Below are positions 9,901 to 59,338 of a stretch of 64,000 nucleotides of DNA, one piece after another. The notes below the pieces were generated by a model, which was not told where the DNA came from, ran no database searches, and was given only the letters and a program-made list of their open reading frames with translations. Each line of letters starts with the position of its first letter. Position 1 is the first letter of the stretch. This stretch comes from an uncultured Gemmatimonadales bacterium. Lineage in GTDB: Bacteria; Gemmatimonadota; Gemmatimonadetes; Longimicrobiales; Longimicrobiaceae. Location of the stretch: contig OY970303.1 in the NCBI GenBank assembly GCA_963716255.1, positions 5,280,001 through 5,344,000 of the forward strand. The letters are read 5' to 3'. The translations under genes and the position numbers were made by a program.

Positions 9901-12900
9901 GCGGTTGCCGGAGTACATGGTGCCTGCGGCGTACGTGCGGCTCGAGAGGCTTCCGCTCAACCCCAACGGAAAATTGGACCGCCGGGCGCTGCCTGCGCCC
10001 GAGGGCGATGCGTACGCGCGGCGGGGCTACGAGGCGCCCGTGGGGGAGATAGAGGCGGTGCTGGCGCAGATCTGGGCGGAGGTGCTCAAGATGGAGCGGG
10101 TGGGTCGGCGGGACCACTTCTTCGACCTGGGAGGCCACTCGCTCCTGGCGGTCCAGGTGGCCTCGCGCGTGAGGCAGAGGTTGGGCGTGGAAGTCGCCCT
10201 GGGGGAGGTCTTCCGTCTGCCGACGCTGGCGGAGTTCGCGCGCGCCGTGGAGGGGGCGACCCGGGCGGATCTGCCGCGGATCGAGCCGGTGGACCGGGCG
10301 GCGCCGCTGCCGCTGTCCTTCGCCCAGCAGCAGCTCTGGTTCCTGGACCGGCTGGAGCCGGGGAGCAGCACCTACAACATCCCCGTGGCATGGCGCCTGG
10401 GCGGTGCCCTGGACGAACCGGCGCTGGAGCGCGCGCTGGGCGAGATCGTCCGGCGTCACGAGGCGCTGAGGACCACGTTCGCCGACCGGGACGGCTCGCC
10501 GGTGCAGGTCATCGCGCGCTTCGGCGGGTTCGCCCTGCCGGTGGAGGATCTGTCGGACCTGAGCGAGGCGGATCGCGAGGCCGAGGTCCGGCGCCGCGCT
10601 GGCAAGGAGGCGCGGCGGCCGTTCGACCTCGCGGCGGGACCGCTCTTCCGCGCGGCGCTGCTGCGGGTGGCGGACGAGGATCACGTCCTGCTGCTGTGCA
10701 TCCACCACATCGTCACCGACGGGTGGAGCATGGGGGTGCTCTTCCGTGAGCTGTCGGCGCTGTACGAGGCGTACCGCGAGGGGCGTGAGTCGCCGCTCGC
10801 CGAGCTGGCGGTGCAGTACGCCGACTACGCCGTGTGGCAGCGGGAGCAGCTGGCGGGCGAGGTGCTGGATCGGCAGCTGGCGTACTGGCGGGAGCGCCTG
10901 GCGGACGCACCCGCGGTGCTGGAGCTGCCGACGGACCATCCCCGTCCCGCGGTGCAGACGTACCGGGGCGCGACGGTCCCGGTGGAGTTCTCCCCGGAGC
11001 TGCTGGAGCGCCTCCAGCGGCTGGGGCGGAGCGAGGGGGCGACGCTGTACATGGTGCTGCTGGGCGCCTTCCAGGTGCTGCTGGGCAAGTACGCCGGCAG
11101 CGAGGACGTGGTGGTGGGCAGCCCGATCGCCGGGCGCACGCGCGGGGAGATAGAGGAGCTGATCGGCTTCTTCGTCAACACGCTGGTGCTGCGCACCGAC
11201 CTCTCGGGAGACCCGAGCTTCCGCGAAACCCTGCGGCGGGTGCGGGAGGCGACGCTGGGCGCGTACGCGCACCAGGACGTGCCCTTTGAGAAGCTGGTGG
11301 CCGAGCTGCAGCCGGAGCGCAGCCTGAGCCACTCGCCGCTGTTCCAGGTGATGTTCACCCTGCAGAACGCCGGGGGCCGGGAAAGCGCTCTGCCGGGGCT
11401 GAAGGTCAGCGGAGCCGGTGCGGAGCTCGCGAGCGCCAAGTTCGATCTCTCCGTGGAGTTCGCGGAGACCCCCGAGGGCTTGCGCGGCGGACTGAACTAC
11501 AGCACGGACCTCTTCGAGCGCGGCACGGTGGAGCGGATGCTCGGCCACCTGGAGCGGGTGCTGGAGCAGGTCGCCGCCAACGCGGACGTGCGGCTTTCGC
11601 AGCTGGAGCTGCTCGGCGAGGCGGAGCGCGCGCTGGTGCTGGAGGAGTGGAACCGGACCGAAGCCGAGTACCCGGCGGACCGGTGCATCCACGAGCGGTT
11701 CGAAGCCCAGGCGGCGCGCACGCCGGGGGCGGTGGCCGTGCGCTTCGAGGAGGAGTCGCTCACCCTCCGCGAGCTGAACGCCCACGCCAACCAGCTCGCC
11801 CACCACCTGCGTCGGCGCGGGGTGGGCCCGGAGGTGCGGGTGGGGATCTGCCTGGAGCGCAGCCTGGAGATGGTGGTCGCCATCCTGGCCATTCTCAAGG
11901 CCGGGGGCGCCTACGTGCCGCTGGACCCCGGCTACCCGGCGGAGCGGCTGGCGTTCATCCTGGCCGACTCCGCCACCCCGGTGCTGCTCACGCGGGAGAC
12001 GCTGCGCGGCGCGATCCCGGCGCGTGAGGGCGTGGAGGTGGTGAGCCTGGACGGCGCGGCAAAGGAGATCGCGGCGGAAAGCCTGGAGAACCCGCAGAGC
12101 GGCGCGGGACCGGATTCGCTGGCGTACGTCATCTACACCTCCGGCTCCACCGGCACGCCCAAGGGGGCGCTGATCGAGCACCGCAACGTGGCGCGGCTGT
12201 TCAGCGCCACCGACGCCTGGTTCGGTTTCGGTCCGGACGACGTGTGGACGCTCTTCCACTCCTACGCGTTCGACTTCTCCGTCTGGGAACTGTGGGGCGC
12301 GCTGCTCTACGGCGGCCGCGTGGTCGTCGTCCCCTTCGATGTAAGCCGTGATCCGGAAGCCTTCCACGCGCTGGTGCAGCGCGAGGGCGTCACCGTGCTC
12401 AGCCAGACCCCGTCGGCGTTCCGGCAGTTCATCCGCGTGGACGGCGAGCGGGGCGGCGACCTGGCGCTGCGCAACGTGATCTTCGGCGGCGAGGCGCTGG
12501 AGCCCGCCTCGCTGCGCGAGTGGGTGGAGCGCCGCGGCGCGGACACCCCACGGCTGGTGAACATGTACGGGATCACCGAGACCACCGTGCACGTGACCTA
12601 CCGGCCGCTGAGCCGTGAGGACGTCTTTGGCGGATCAGGGAGCCCCATCGGGCGGGCGATCCCCGACCTGCGGCTGTACGTGCTGGACCCGGCGCGGCGG
12701 CCGATGCCGGTCGGCGTGCCGGGCGAGTTGTACGTGGGAGGGGCCGGGGTGGCGCGCGGGTACCTGAACCGCCCGGAGCTGACCGCCGAGCGCTTCGTGG
12801 ACGATCCGTTCACCCCCGGCCGGCTGTACCGGACCGGCGACCGGGTGCGCTGGATGGCGGACGGGACGCTGGAGTACCTGGGCCGTCTGGACGAGCAGGT

Positions 12901-15900
12901 GAAGATCCGCGGGTTCCGCATTGAGCTGGGCGAGATCGAGGCCGCGCTGCGCCAGGCGCCAGGCGTTGCGGACTGCACCGTCATCGTGCGCGATGACGAG
13001 ACCGGCGACCGGCGGCTGGTGGCGTACGTGGTGGGTGAAGCGGAGGCCGAGGCGCTGCGCGACCGCCTGCGCCAGAGCCTGCCGGAGTACATGGTCCCGT
13101 CCGCATTCGTGGCGCTGGACGCGCGCCCGCTGACGTCCAACGGCAAGCTGGACCGCAAGGCATTGCCGGCGCCGGAGCTCGCGTCGGCGGAGGAACGGTA
13201 CGTGGCGCCGCGCACCCCCGTGGAGGAGGTGCTGGCGGGGATCTGGACCGAAGTGCTGCGGCTGGAGCGGGTGGGGGTGACGGACAACTTCTTCGAGCTG
13301 GGCGGGCACTCGCTGCTCGCCACGCGGGTGATCTCGCGCATCCGGGCCGTTTTCGGCGTGGAGCTGCCGCTGCGGGCGCTCTTCGAGGGGCCGACGATCG
13401 CGGAGATGGCCGTGCGCGTGGAGGAAATACGCCGCGCGGATCTGCCGGTGCTTCCGCCGGTGGTGCCGGTGGAGCGCACGGGCGCGTTGCCGCTCTCCTT
13501 CGCGCAGGAGCGGCTCTGGTTCATCGACCAGCTGGAACCCGGAAGCGCCGTCTACAACATTCCCATGGCATGGCGCCTGGGCGGCGCGCTGGACCGGGCG
13601 GCGCTGGAGCGCGCGCTGGGCGAGATCGTCCGGCGGCACGAGGCGCTGCGGACCACCTTCAAGGAGGTGGAAGGCTCGCCGGTGCAGGTGGTGGCGCCCT
13701 TCGGCGGGTTCGCCCTGCCGGTGGAGGACCTGTCGGGGCTGAGCGGGGCGGATCGCGAGGAGGCGGTACGGCGCCGCGTGGGCGGGGAGGCGAGGCGGGC
13801 GTTCGATCTCGCCGCGGAACCGCTCTTCCGCGCGGTGCTGCTGCGGGTGGACGAGGAAGATCACGTGTTGCTGCTCGCGATGCACCACATCGTCAGCGAC
13901 GGGTGGAGCATGGAAGTGTTCTTCCGCGAGCTGTCGGCGCTCTACGCGGCGTACCGCGCGGGACGGGAATCGCCGCTGCCGGAGCTGGCGGTGCAGTACG
14001 CCGACTACGCGGTGTGGCAGCGCGAGCAGCTGGCGGGCGAGGCCCTGGATCGGCAGCTCTCGTACTGGCGGGAACGCCTGGGGGGAGCGCCGGAGCTGCT
14101 GGAGCTGCCGACGGACCACCCCCGACCGCCGGTGCAGACGTACCGGGGCGAATCGGTCGGGGTGAACTTCTCCCCCGAGCTGCTGGAGCGGCTGCAGGCG
14201 CTGGGGCGGAGCGAGGGAGCGACGCTGTACATGGTGCTGCTGGGCGCCTTCCAGGTGCTGCTGAGCCGGTACGGCGGTTGTGAGGACGTGGTGGTGGGGA
14301 GCCCCATCGCCGGACGCACGCGCGAGGAGGTGGAGGAGCTGATCGGCTTCTTCATCAACACGCTGGTGCTGCGCACCGACCTCTCCGGAGATCCGAGCTT
14401 TCGGGAGGTGCTGCGGCGGGTGCGGGAGGTGACGCTGGGCGCGTACGAGCACCAGGATGTGCCCTTCGAAAAGCTGGTCGCCGAGCTGCAGCCGGAGCGG
14501 TCCTTGAGCCATTCGCCGCTCTTCCAGGCGATATTCGCGCTGCAGAACGCCGGGGACCTGGGAGGCGAGCTTCTGGGGCTGAAGGTCGGCGGAGTCGGTG
14601 CGGCCATGGGGATCGCCAAGTACGACCTTTCCCTGACGCTTGGGGCGACCGCCCAGGGCCTGCGTGGCGGGCTGAACTACAGCACCGACCTCTTCGAGCG
14701 TGGCACGGTCGAACGGATGCTCGGCCACCTGGAGCGGGTGCTGGAGCAGGTCGCCGCGGACGCGGACGTGCGTCTTTCGCAGCTGGACCTGCTCGGCGGG
14801 GCGGAGCGCGCGCTGGTGCTGGAGGAGTGGAATCGGACCGGAGCGGAGTATCCGGCGGACCGGTGCATCCACGAGCTGTTCGAGGCGCAGGCGGCGCGCA
14901 CGCCGGGGGCGGTGGCCCTGCGCTTCGAGGAGGAGTCGCTCACCTACGCTGAGCTGAACGAGCGTGCCAACCGGCTGGCGCACTGCATTCGCGGGCTCGG
15001 CGTCGGGCCCGACGTACGGGTAGGGGTCTGCGTGGAGCGGAGCCTGGAGATGGTGGTCTCCCTCCTGGCCGTGCTGAAGGCCGGGGGCGCCTACGTGCCG
15101 CTGGACCCGGGCCTGCCCGCCGAGCGGCTGGCGTACATGCTGGACGACAGCGCCGTGCCGCTGGTGCTGGTGCAGGCTGCCCTGCGCGAGACCGTTCCCG
15201 CGCGCGAAGGCGTGGGGGTGCTGGCGGTGGACGCGCTGGCGGAGCGGCTGGCGGCGGAGCCGGCGGAGAACCCGGCGGGCGGCGCGGGGCCGGATTCGCT
15301 GGCGTACGTCATCTACACCTCCGGCTCCACCGGCCGTCCCAAGGGGGTGATGAACGTGCACCGGGGCGTGGTGAACCTGCTCTGGTCGATGCGCGGGACC
15401 GTGGCGATGGCGCCCGCGGACCGGTTGCTCGCCGTTACCACCTTCGCCTTCAACATCTCGGTGCTCGAACTCTTCTTCCCGCTGCTCTCGGGCGCGCGGG
15501 TGGAGATCCTGGACCGCTTCGCGGCGTCCGACCCCGTCCTGCTGCGGGAGGCGGTCGGCGCGGGCGTCGGGACCGTGCTGCAGGCCACGCCCGCGACCTG
15601 GCGGCTCCTCCTCGACGCCGGGTGGGAGGGCGCGGAGAGCCTGCGCGCCCTGAGCGGCGGCGAGGCGCTCCCCGCCGAGCTCGCCGCGCGGCTGCGCGAG
15701 CGCGTGGGCGCGCTCTGGAACGTGTACGGGCCGACGGAGACCACCATCTGGTCGACGGCGCAGCCCCTCGGCGCGGGGACGGACGTGGGCCGCGGGCACG
15801 TCTCCATCGGCGCGCCGGTGGCGAACACGCGGGTGTACGTGGTGGACAGGTACCTGTCCCCGGAGCCGGCGGGGGTCCCGGGGGAGCTGTACATCGGCGG

Positions 15901-16675
15901 GGCGGGGGTGGCGCGCGGCTACCTGGGGCGGCCGGGGCTCTCGGCGGAGAAGTTCGTCCCCGACCCGTTCGCCGCGGAGCCGGGCGCGCGCCTGTACCGC
16001 ACGGGCGACCGGGCGCGGTGGCGGGCCGACGGGACGCTGGAGTTCCTGGGCCGGAAAGATCACCAGGTGAAGGTGCGCGGCTTCCGCATCGAGCTGGGCG
16101 AGATCGAGGCCGCGCTGCGCCAGGCGCCCGGTGTTGCGGACTGCGCCGTCGTCGCGCGCGAGGACGAGACGGGCGACCGGCGGCTGGTGGCGTACGTGGT
16201 GGGTGAAGCGGAGACGGCGGCGCTGCGCGCGCACCTGCGGGGGAGCCTGCCGGAGTACATGGTCCCGCAGGCGATCGTCGCGCTCGACCGGCTGCCGCTG
16301 AACGCGAACGGGAAGCTGGACCGCAAGGCGCTGCCGGCGCCGGAACTCGCGTCGGCGGAGGAGAAGTACGTGGCGCCGCGCACCCCCGTGGAGGAGGTGC
16401 TGGCGGGGATCTGGACGGAGGTGCTGCGCCTGGAGCGGGTGGGGGTGCACGACAGCTTCTTCGACCTGGGCGGACACTCGCTGCTGATCATGCGTCTGCT
16501 CGCCAAGATCCAGGCCACGTTCGACCTGGACATCTCGATTCGCACCGTTTTCTCGATGCCCACGCTGGAAGCCATGGCGGGAGAGATCGAGCGCAGGATC
16601 TATGAAGACGCAGTGACCATGTCCGAATTCGAGGCCGAGCAGCTGGCCCGGTCCAACCCCGTTGCAGGAGTCTGA
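3980..16675 (+). CDS. NRPS 1, modules 1-4: A(Val/Ile-like)-NMT-T / C-A(Tyr)-T / C-A(Thr)-T / C-A(Gly-type, Asp235->Asn)-T-dock
   Basis: Four A domains (YTSGSTGxPKG), four T domains (GGHSLL) and three HHxxxDG C domains. Manual codes DALWLGGVFK, DASTVAAVCK, DFWSIGMVHK, NILQLGVIWK. The start is uncertain: the ORF is open from 3743, but ATG 3980 (GGAGAGGG upstream) or ATG 4064 (GGAGGAGG upstream) are more plausible. Confidence 0.96.
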   Translation: MAAEPERRITEPEMLPEVELHAAEEGNAMEVAHPRDACVHELFERQVKRTPDAVAVVFEGEHVTYAELNRRANRLAHHLRELGVRPEVLVGLCLDRSLELVVSLLGVLKAGGAYVPLDPSYPSERLRHMVADSGMELLLTREKFRATLPTSAGARVVILEAAERAITVQPMENPASGVTPEHLAYVIYTSGSTGQPKGSLVPHRSIPGYADVYLELPQGSPPETWLQYSSLSWDALTLELWTPLLRGSRCVLYASAAEAGVTPQGLARAIAEQGVTTLWMTSTLFNTMLDVAPEALQPLRVLLVGGEQLSGPHVRRARALLPGTRLVNGYGPSECTVFIACHVIPGEPEELPAGTIPLGRPVGDRRCYVLDSMLELAPVGVAGELCVGGPAVARGYLGRPELTAGRFVPDPYASEGGARLYRTGDEVRWRPDGTLEYVGRLDEQVKVRGYRIELGEIEARLLEHGAVREAVVVAREDDAGDKRLVAYWVEKLDSRVTEASDESESDHVAAWKDLYDSVYGENGGDSDPTFNIGGWNSSYTGQPIPPEEMREWLDATVARTVALKPKRVLEIGCGSGLILFRLAAGCERYVGTDFSADGLRKVRAVLDGRPEGDRVELYERLADDFSGFAPGSFDLVVINSVVQYLPSIHYLETVIERAVRAVAPGGHVFVGDVRNLDLLGAFHTAVETYRSAPTTPVAEWRARAERAQRSEDELVIAPAFFRSLRQRLASVDHVEVLHKRGRFLNEMTEFRYDVVLYVGAGDQADPEAEADASWEIDRLTLDSLRARLQETTDELLIVADVPNARVSGPLKLLAMRRDSGSAETVEDVRRLAFPDGVNPEELWTLGESLGWSVEVSVADSDNAGRVDAMFSRRHGTSGRYRFPALRGWTRESLTACATAPMRSKPAGVLPSHLRSFLEARLPAYMLPAAYVRLEALPLTPNGKVDRRGLPAPARDAYADATYEAPVGEAEAALAQIWAEVLRMERVGRWDHFFELGGHSLLAVQVVSRVRQRLGVEVALGEVFRLPVLAEFARAVAGAARADLPRIEPVDRAAPLPLSFAQQRLWFLEQLGGMGNAFHILWRLRLQGRLDGGALGRALERIVARHEVLRTTFTLVDGEPVQRIALVEESRFHLAEHDLRGEAGAEEEVGRLLAQEWSTPFDLERGPLIRGCLIRLGEDDHVLQMTMHHIVSDGWSMGVLTGELSTLYAACLRGEADPLPAPAVQYGDYAVWQRRWLTGEVLREQAEYWRRRLAGATELLELPTDHPRPARMGHAGASLDVELGEELTGRLKELSRRQGTTLFMTLLTGWAVVLSRLSGQEDLVVGTPTANRGRAEIEGLIGFFVNTLALRLDLSGAPRAGELMERVRERALEAQHHQDIPFEQVVELAQPMRSLSHSPLFQVMFAWQNAPGGELVLPGVEVAAMGEGAEQASTQFDLSLSLGESGGRIVGGVQYATSLYERGTVDRYLGYLRRVLEAMAAGPQRRITEIEMLTEAERRLVVVEWNATEAAYPRDVCVHELFEREVERSPDAVAVVYESEVLSYAELNRRANRLAHHLRDLGVGPDTRVAICAEPSLEMMVGVLGVLKAGGAYVPLDPSYPEERLGYMLRDSAPAVLLRQPSLASRFVEMDLPALDLCGQEPAWASAPETNPARERVGLTPEHLAYVIYTSGSTGRPKGVMVEHRGVCNLALAQIHCFAVEPGSRVLQFGSFSFDACVSEVAMALCRGASLHLTPRGVTPAGEALVEIVAAHGITHLTLPPAVLATLPGDSELRPVRTMVVAGDVMPETAARRWAKGRRLVNAYGPTEATVCASVHVCGADEAGKPSIGRPLSNAQIYILDGAGEPVPVNVAGELYIGGAGVARGYLGRAELTAERFVPDPFGKEDGGRLYRTGDLGLWSPGGTIAFLGRNDHQVKLRGYRIELGEIEALLVQHPGVREAALAAREDTPGNRRVVAYWVGSDEVGVERLRAHLLERLPEYMVPAAYVRLERLPLNPNGKLDRRALPAPEGDAYARRGYEAPVGEIEAVLAQIWAEVLKMERVGRRDHFFDLGGHSLLAVQVASRVRQRLGVEVALGEVFRLPTLAEFARAVEGATRADLPRIEPVDRAAPLPLSFAQQQLWFLDRLEPGSSTYNIPVAWRLGGALDEPALERALGEIVRRHEALRTTFADRDGSPVQVIARFGGFALPVEDLSDLSEADREAEVRRRAGKEARRPFDLAAGPLFRAALLRVADEDHVLLLCIHHIVTDGWSMGVLFRELSALYEAYREGRESPLAELAVQYADYAVWQREQLAGEVLDRQLAYWRERLADAPAVLELPTDHPRPAVQTYRGATVPVEFSPELLERLQRLGRSEGATLYMVLLGAFQVLLGKYAGSEDVVVGSPIAGRTRGEIEELIGFFVNTLVLRTDLSGDPSFRETLRRVREATLGAYAHQDVPFEKLVAELQPERSLSHSPLFQVMFTLQNAGGRESALPGLKVSGAGAELASAKFDLSVEFAETPEGLRGGLNYSTDLFERGTVERMLGHLERVLEQVAANADVRLSQLELLGEAERALVLEEWNRTEAEYPADRCIHERFEAQAARTPGAVAVRFEEESLTLRELNAHANQLAHHLRRRGVGPEVRVGICLERSLEMVVAILAILKAGGAYVPLDPGYPAERLAFILADSATPVLLTRETLRGAIPAREGVEVVSLDGAAKEIAAESLENPQSGAGPDSLAYVIYTSGSTGTPKGALIEHRNVARLFSATDAWFGFGPDDVWTLFHSYAFDFSVWELWGALLYGGRVVVVPFDVSRDPEAFHALVQREGVTVLSQTPSAFRQFIRVDGERGGDLALRNVIFGGEALEPASLREWVERRGADTPRLVNMYGITETTVHVTYRPLSREDVFGGSGSPIGRAIPDLRLYVLDPARRPMPVGVPGELYVGGAGVARGYLNRPELTAERFVDDPFTPGRLYRTGDRVRWMADGTLEYLGRLDEQVKIRGFRIELGEIEAALRQAPGVADCTVIVRDDETGDRRLVAYVVGEAEAEALRDRLRQSLPEYMVPSAFVALDARPLTSNGKLDRKALPAPELASAEERYVAPRTPVEEVLAGIWTEVLRLERVGVTDNFFELGGHSLLATRVISRIRAVFGVELPLRALFEGPTIAEMAVRVEEIRRADLPVLPPVVPVERTGALPLSFAQERLWFIDQLEPGSAVYNIPMAWRLGGALDRAALERALGEIVRRHEALRTTFKEVEGSPVQVVAPFGGFALPVEDLSGLSGADREEAVRRRVGGEARRAFDLAAEPLFRAVLLRVDEEDHVLLLAMHHIVSDGWSMEVFFRELSALYAAYRAGRESPLPELAVQYADYAVWQREQLAGEALDRQLSYWRERLGGAPELLELPTDHPRPPVQTYRGESVGVNFSPELLERLQALGRSEGATLYMVLLGAFQVLLSRYGGCEDVVVGSPIAGRTREEVEELIGFFINTLVLRTDLSGDPSFREVLRRVREVTLGAYEHQDVPFEKLVAELQPERSLSHSPLFQAIFALQNAGDLGGELLGLKVGGVGAAMGIAKYDLSLTLGATAQGLRGGLNYSTDLFERGTVERMLGHLERVLEQVAADADVRLSQLDLLGGAERALVLEEWNRTGAEYPADRCIHELFEAQAARTPGAVALRFEEESLTYAELNERANRLAHCIRGLGVGPDVRVGVCVERSLEMVVSLLAVLKAGGAYVPLDPGLPAERLAYMLDDSAVPLVLVQAALRETVPAREGVGVLAVDALAERLAAEPAENPAGGAGPDSLAYVIYTSGSTGRPKGVMNVHRGVVNLLWSMRGTVAMAPADRLLAVTTFAFNISVLELFFPLLSGARVEILDRFAASDPVLLREAVGAGVGTVLQATPATWRLLLDAGWEGAESLRALSGGEALPAELAARLRERVGALWNVYGPTETTIWSTAQPLGAGTDVGRGHVSIGAPVANTRVYVVDRYLSPEPAGVPGELYIGGAGVARGYLGRPGLSAEKFVPDPFAAEPGARLYRTGDRARWRADGTLEFLGRKDHQVKVRGFRIELGEIEAALRQAPGVADCAVVAREDETGDRRLVAYVVGEAETAALRAHLRGSLPEYMVPQAIVALDRLPLNANGKLDRKALPAPELASAEEKYVAPRTPVEEVLAGIWTEVLRLERVGVHDSFFDLGGHSLLIMRLLAKIQATFDLDISIRTVFSMPTLEAMAGEIERRIYEDAVTMSEFEAEQLARSNPVAGV
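5455..6700 (+). other. Backbone N-methyltransferase domain interrupting the module 1 A domain
   Basis: GWNSSYTGQPIP..EMREW, VLEIGCGSGL, VINSVVQYLP, GDVRN and FRYDV motifs lie between RLVAYW and LPAYMLP. Confidence 0.9.
15050..16050 (+). repeat. ~1 kb near-identical repeat of the Gly-type A domain; second copy ~22570-23570
   Basis: Direct comparison at offset 7519 shows only scattered substitutions. Confidence 0.88.
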
Positions 16676-16676
16676 G

Positions 16677-38141
<21,465 letters not shown>

Positions 38142-38142
38142 G

Positions 38143-58092
<19,950 letters not shown>

Positions 58093-58658
58093 GATGGCGG
58101 CGGCCTGGCGCACGTTCGGCTTCGTCAAAGTGAGTGACGGACGACAGGGGCCGTGGGACCCACGGTTGTCGAGGGAGCTGCTCCGACAATAAGCTTCCTC
58201 ACGGCGGGCAGTGAGAGAGCGTGGCGCTCGCCGGACGAGACCAGACGTCGGACGCTCAGATCTAGCCACAGGGACAGCGAAAGAAAGCGTAGCCCCCGAG
58301 GTTCAGGCTCGGCTACCAAGCGGGAGGGAGCGAAGGGTGCGGACGAACCTCCGTTCGAATTCCAGCAGTGCCTGCAGCGCGGTCTGGACCTCGACACGCG
58401 GGACCACCGAACCCGGACAGCAGCGCGGCCCGGGACCACCCCACGGGCAGACGCCTCCTCATCTCCCAGCCGTTCGTCGCGCAGGCACGCACCGATCAGG
58501 CTCACTGGAGGGGGTCCCCGCAAAGCCACCTGGCGCGGAAGCATTCGTGCAGGTGGCCGATCTCCCGCACGTCCATCTAGGATGGTATCCGCTGATTACC
58601 TTGGCGAACGTGGTGCCTCACGTGCTCCCGCAGCGCGATGCGAGACTTCGCGGAGCGG

Positions 58659-59318
58659 TTACGAAATCAGCTCCCCTGCGACCCGCGCCACGACCGACTG
58701 TGCCAGCAGGACCGGCCGGCCACAACGCAGCGCGAAGGACCTGCGGTATTCGTCGCCATGGCCCATGCAATCCAGCACCACCACCTCCAGTGCGGGATTA
58801 CGCATCGCATCTGCGGCGGCAACCATCTCCTCGTGAACGTAGGGTGAGGCCCAGGCGACCTCCACGTCGAACCCGTCACCCGTCCACTTCTCTCGTGCGG
58901 CCGGAACCTGGTCGGCCAGGGGGGTGACCACGCCGATCCTCCCCGATGTCGTGATCGCGCGCACGACGCCGGGCAGCAGTTTGCCAGGGAGAAGCACCGG
59001 GACACCGCAGCGGATCTCGGGAAAAGCGCCAGCGCACGCGACCACGATCACGGCCGCACCTTCCTCCGCCAGGCGGAGAGCCCGCTCCTCAACGAGAGGT
59101 GCGAGCGTCGTGAGCGGGATCCGAGCCGTTCCGCCATCGGACTTGCGCACTAGCAGCGGGTAGCTGCCGGGGGTGGCGAGCCTGGAGATGTCCGCGGGTG
59201 ACAGGCCGTCCAGCGCACCCGCCACGCGGATCGCGGCTGCGGGCGCGTGCCGCTGGAAGGCCGCCTCCAGATCCGGTCGGGGCGTCTGCCCTATCGTCAC
59301 CACGCCCAAAATCGCCAC
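58659..59318 (-). CDS. AroM-family protein (Asp/Glu racemase-like superfamily)
   Basis: GTG 59318 follows AAGGGAA, 20 nt after the IDO stop; 219 aa. Motifs TIGQTPRPD, VACAGAFP, IGVVTP..DQ.....KW, ASPY and VVLDCMG. The ORF-track extension to 59861 overlaps the IDO gene and is spurious. Confidence 0.85.
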   Translation of the reverse strand: MAILGVVTIGQTPRPDLEAAFQRHAPAAAIRVAGALDGLSPADISRLATPGSYPLLVRKSDGGTARIPLTTLAPLVEERALRLAEEGAAVIVVACAGAFPEIRCGVPVLLPGKLLPGVVRAITTSGRIGVVTPLADQVPAAREKWTGDGFDVEVAWASPYVHEEMVAAADAMRNPALEVVVLDCMGHGDEYRRSFALRCGRPVLLAQSVVARVAGELIS

Positions 59319-59338
59319 CTGTTCCCTTTGCCGCTGGT

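Noticed and set aside
58093..58658. 566-bp gap between convergent genes, examined for an ncRNA, small gene or terminator
   Set aside because: Only weak hairpins and low-complexity ORFs were found; nothing supportable by eye.
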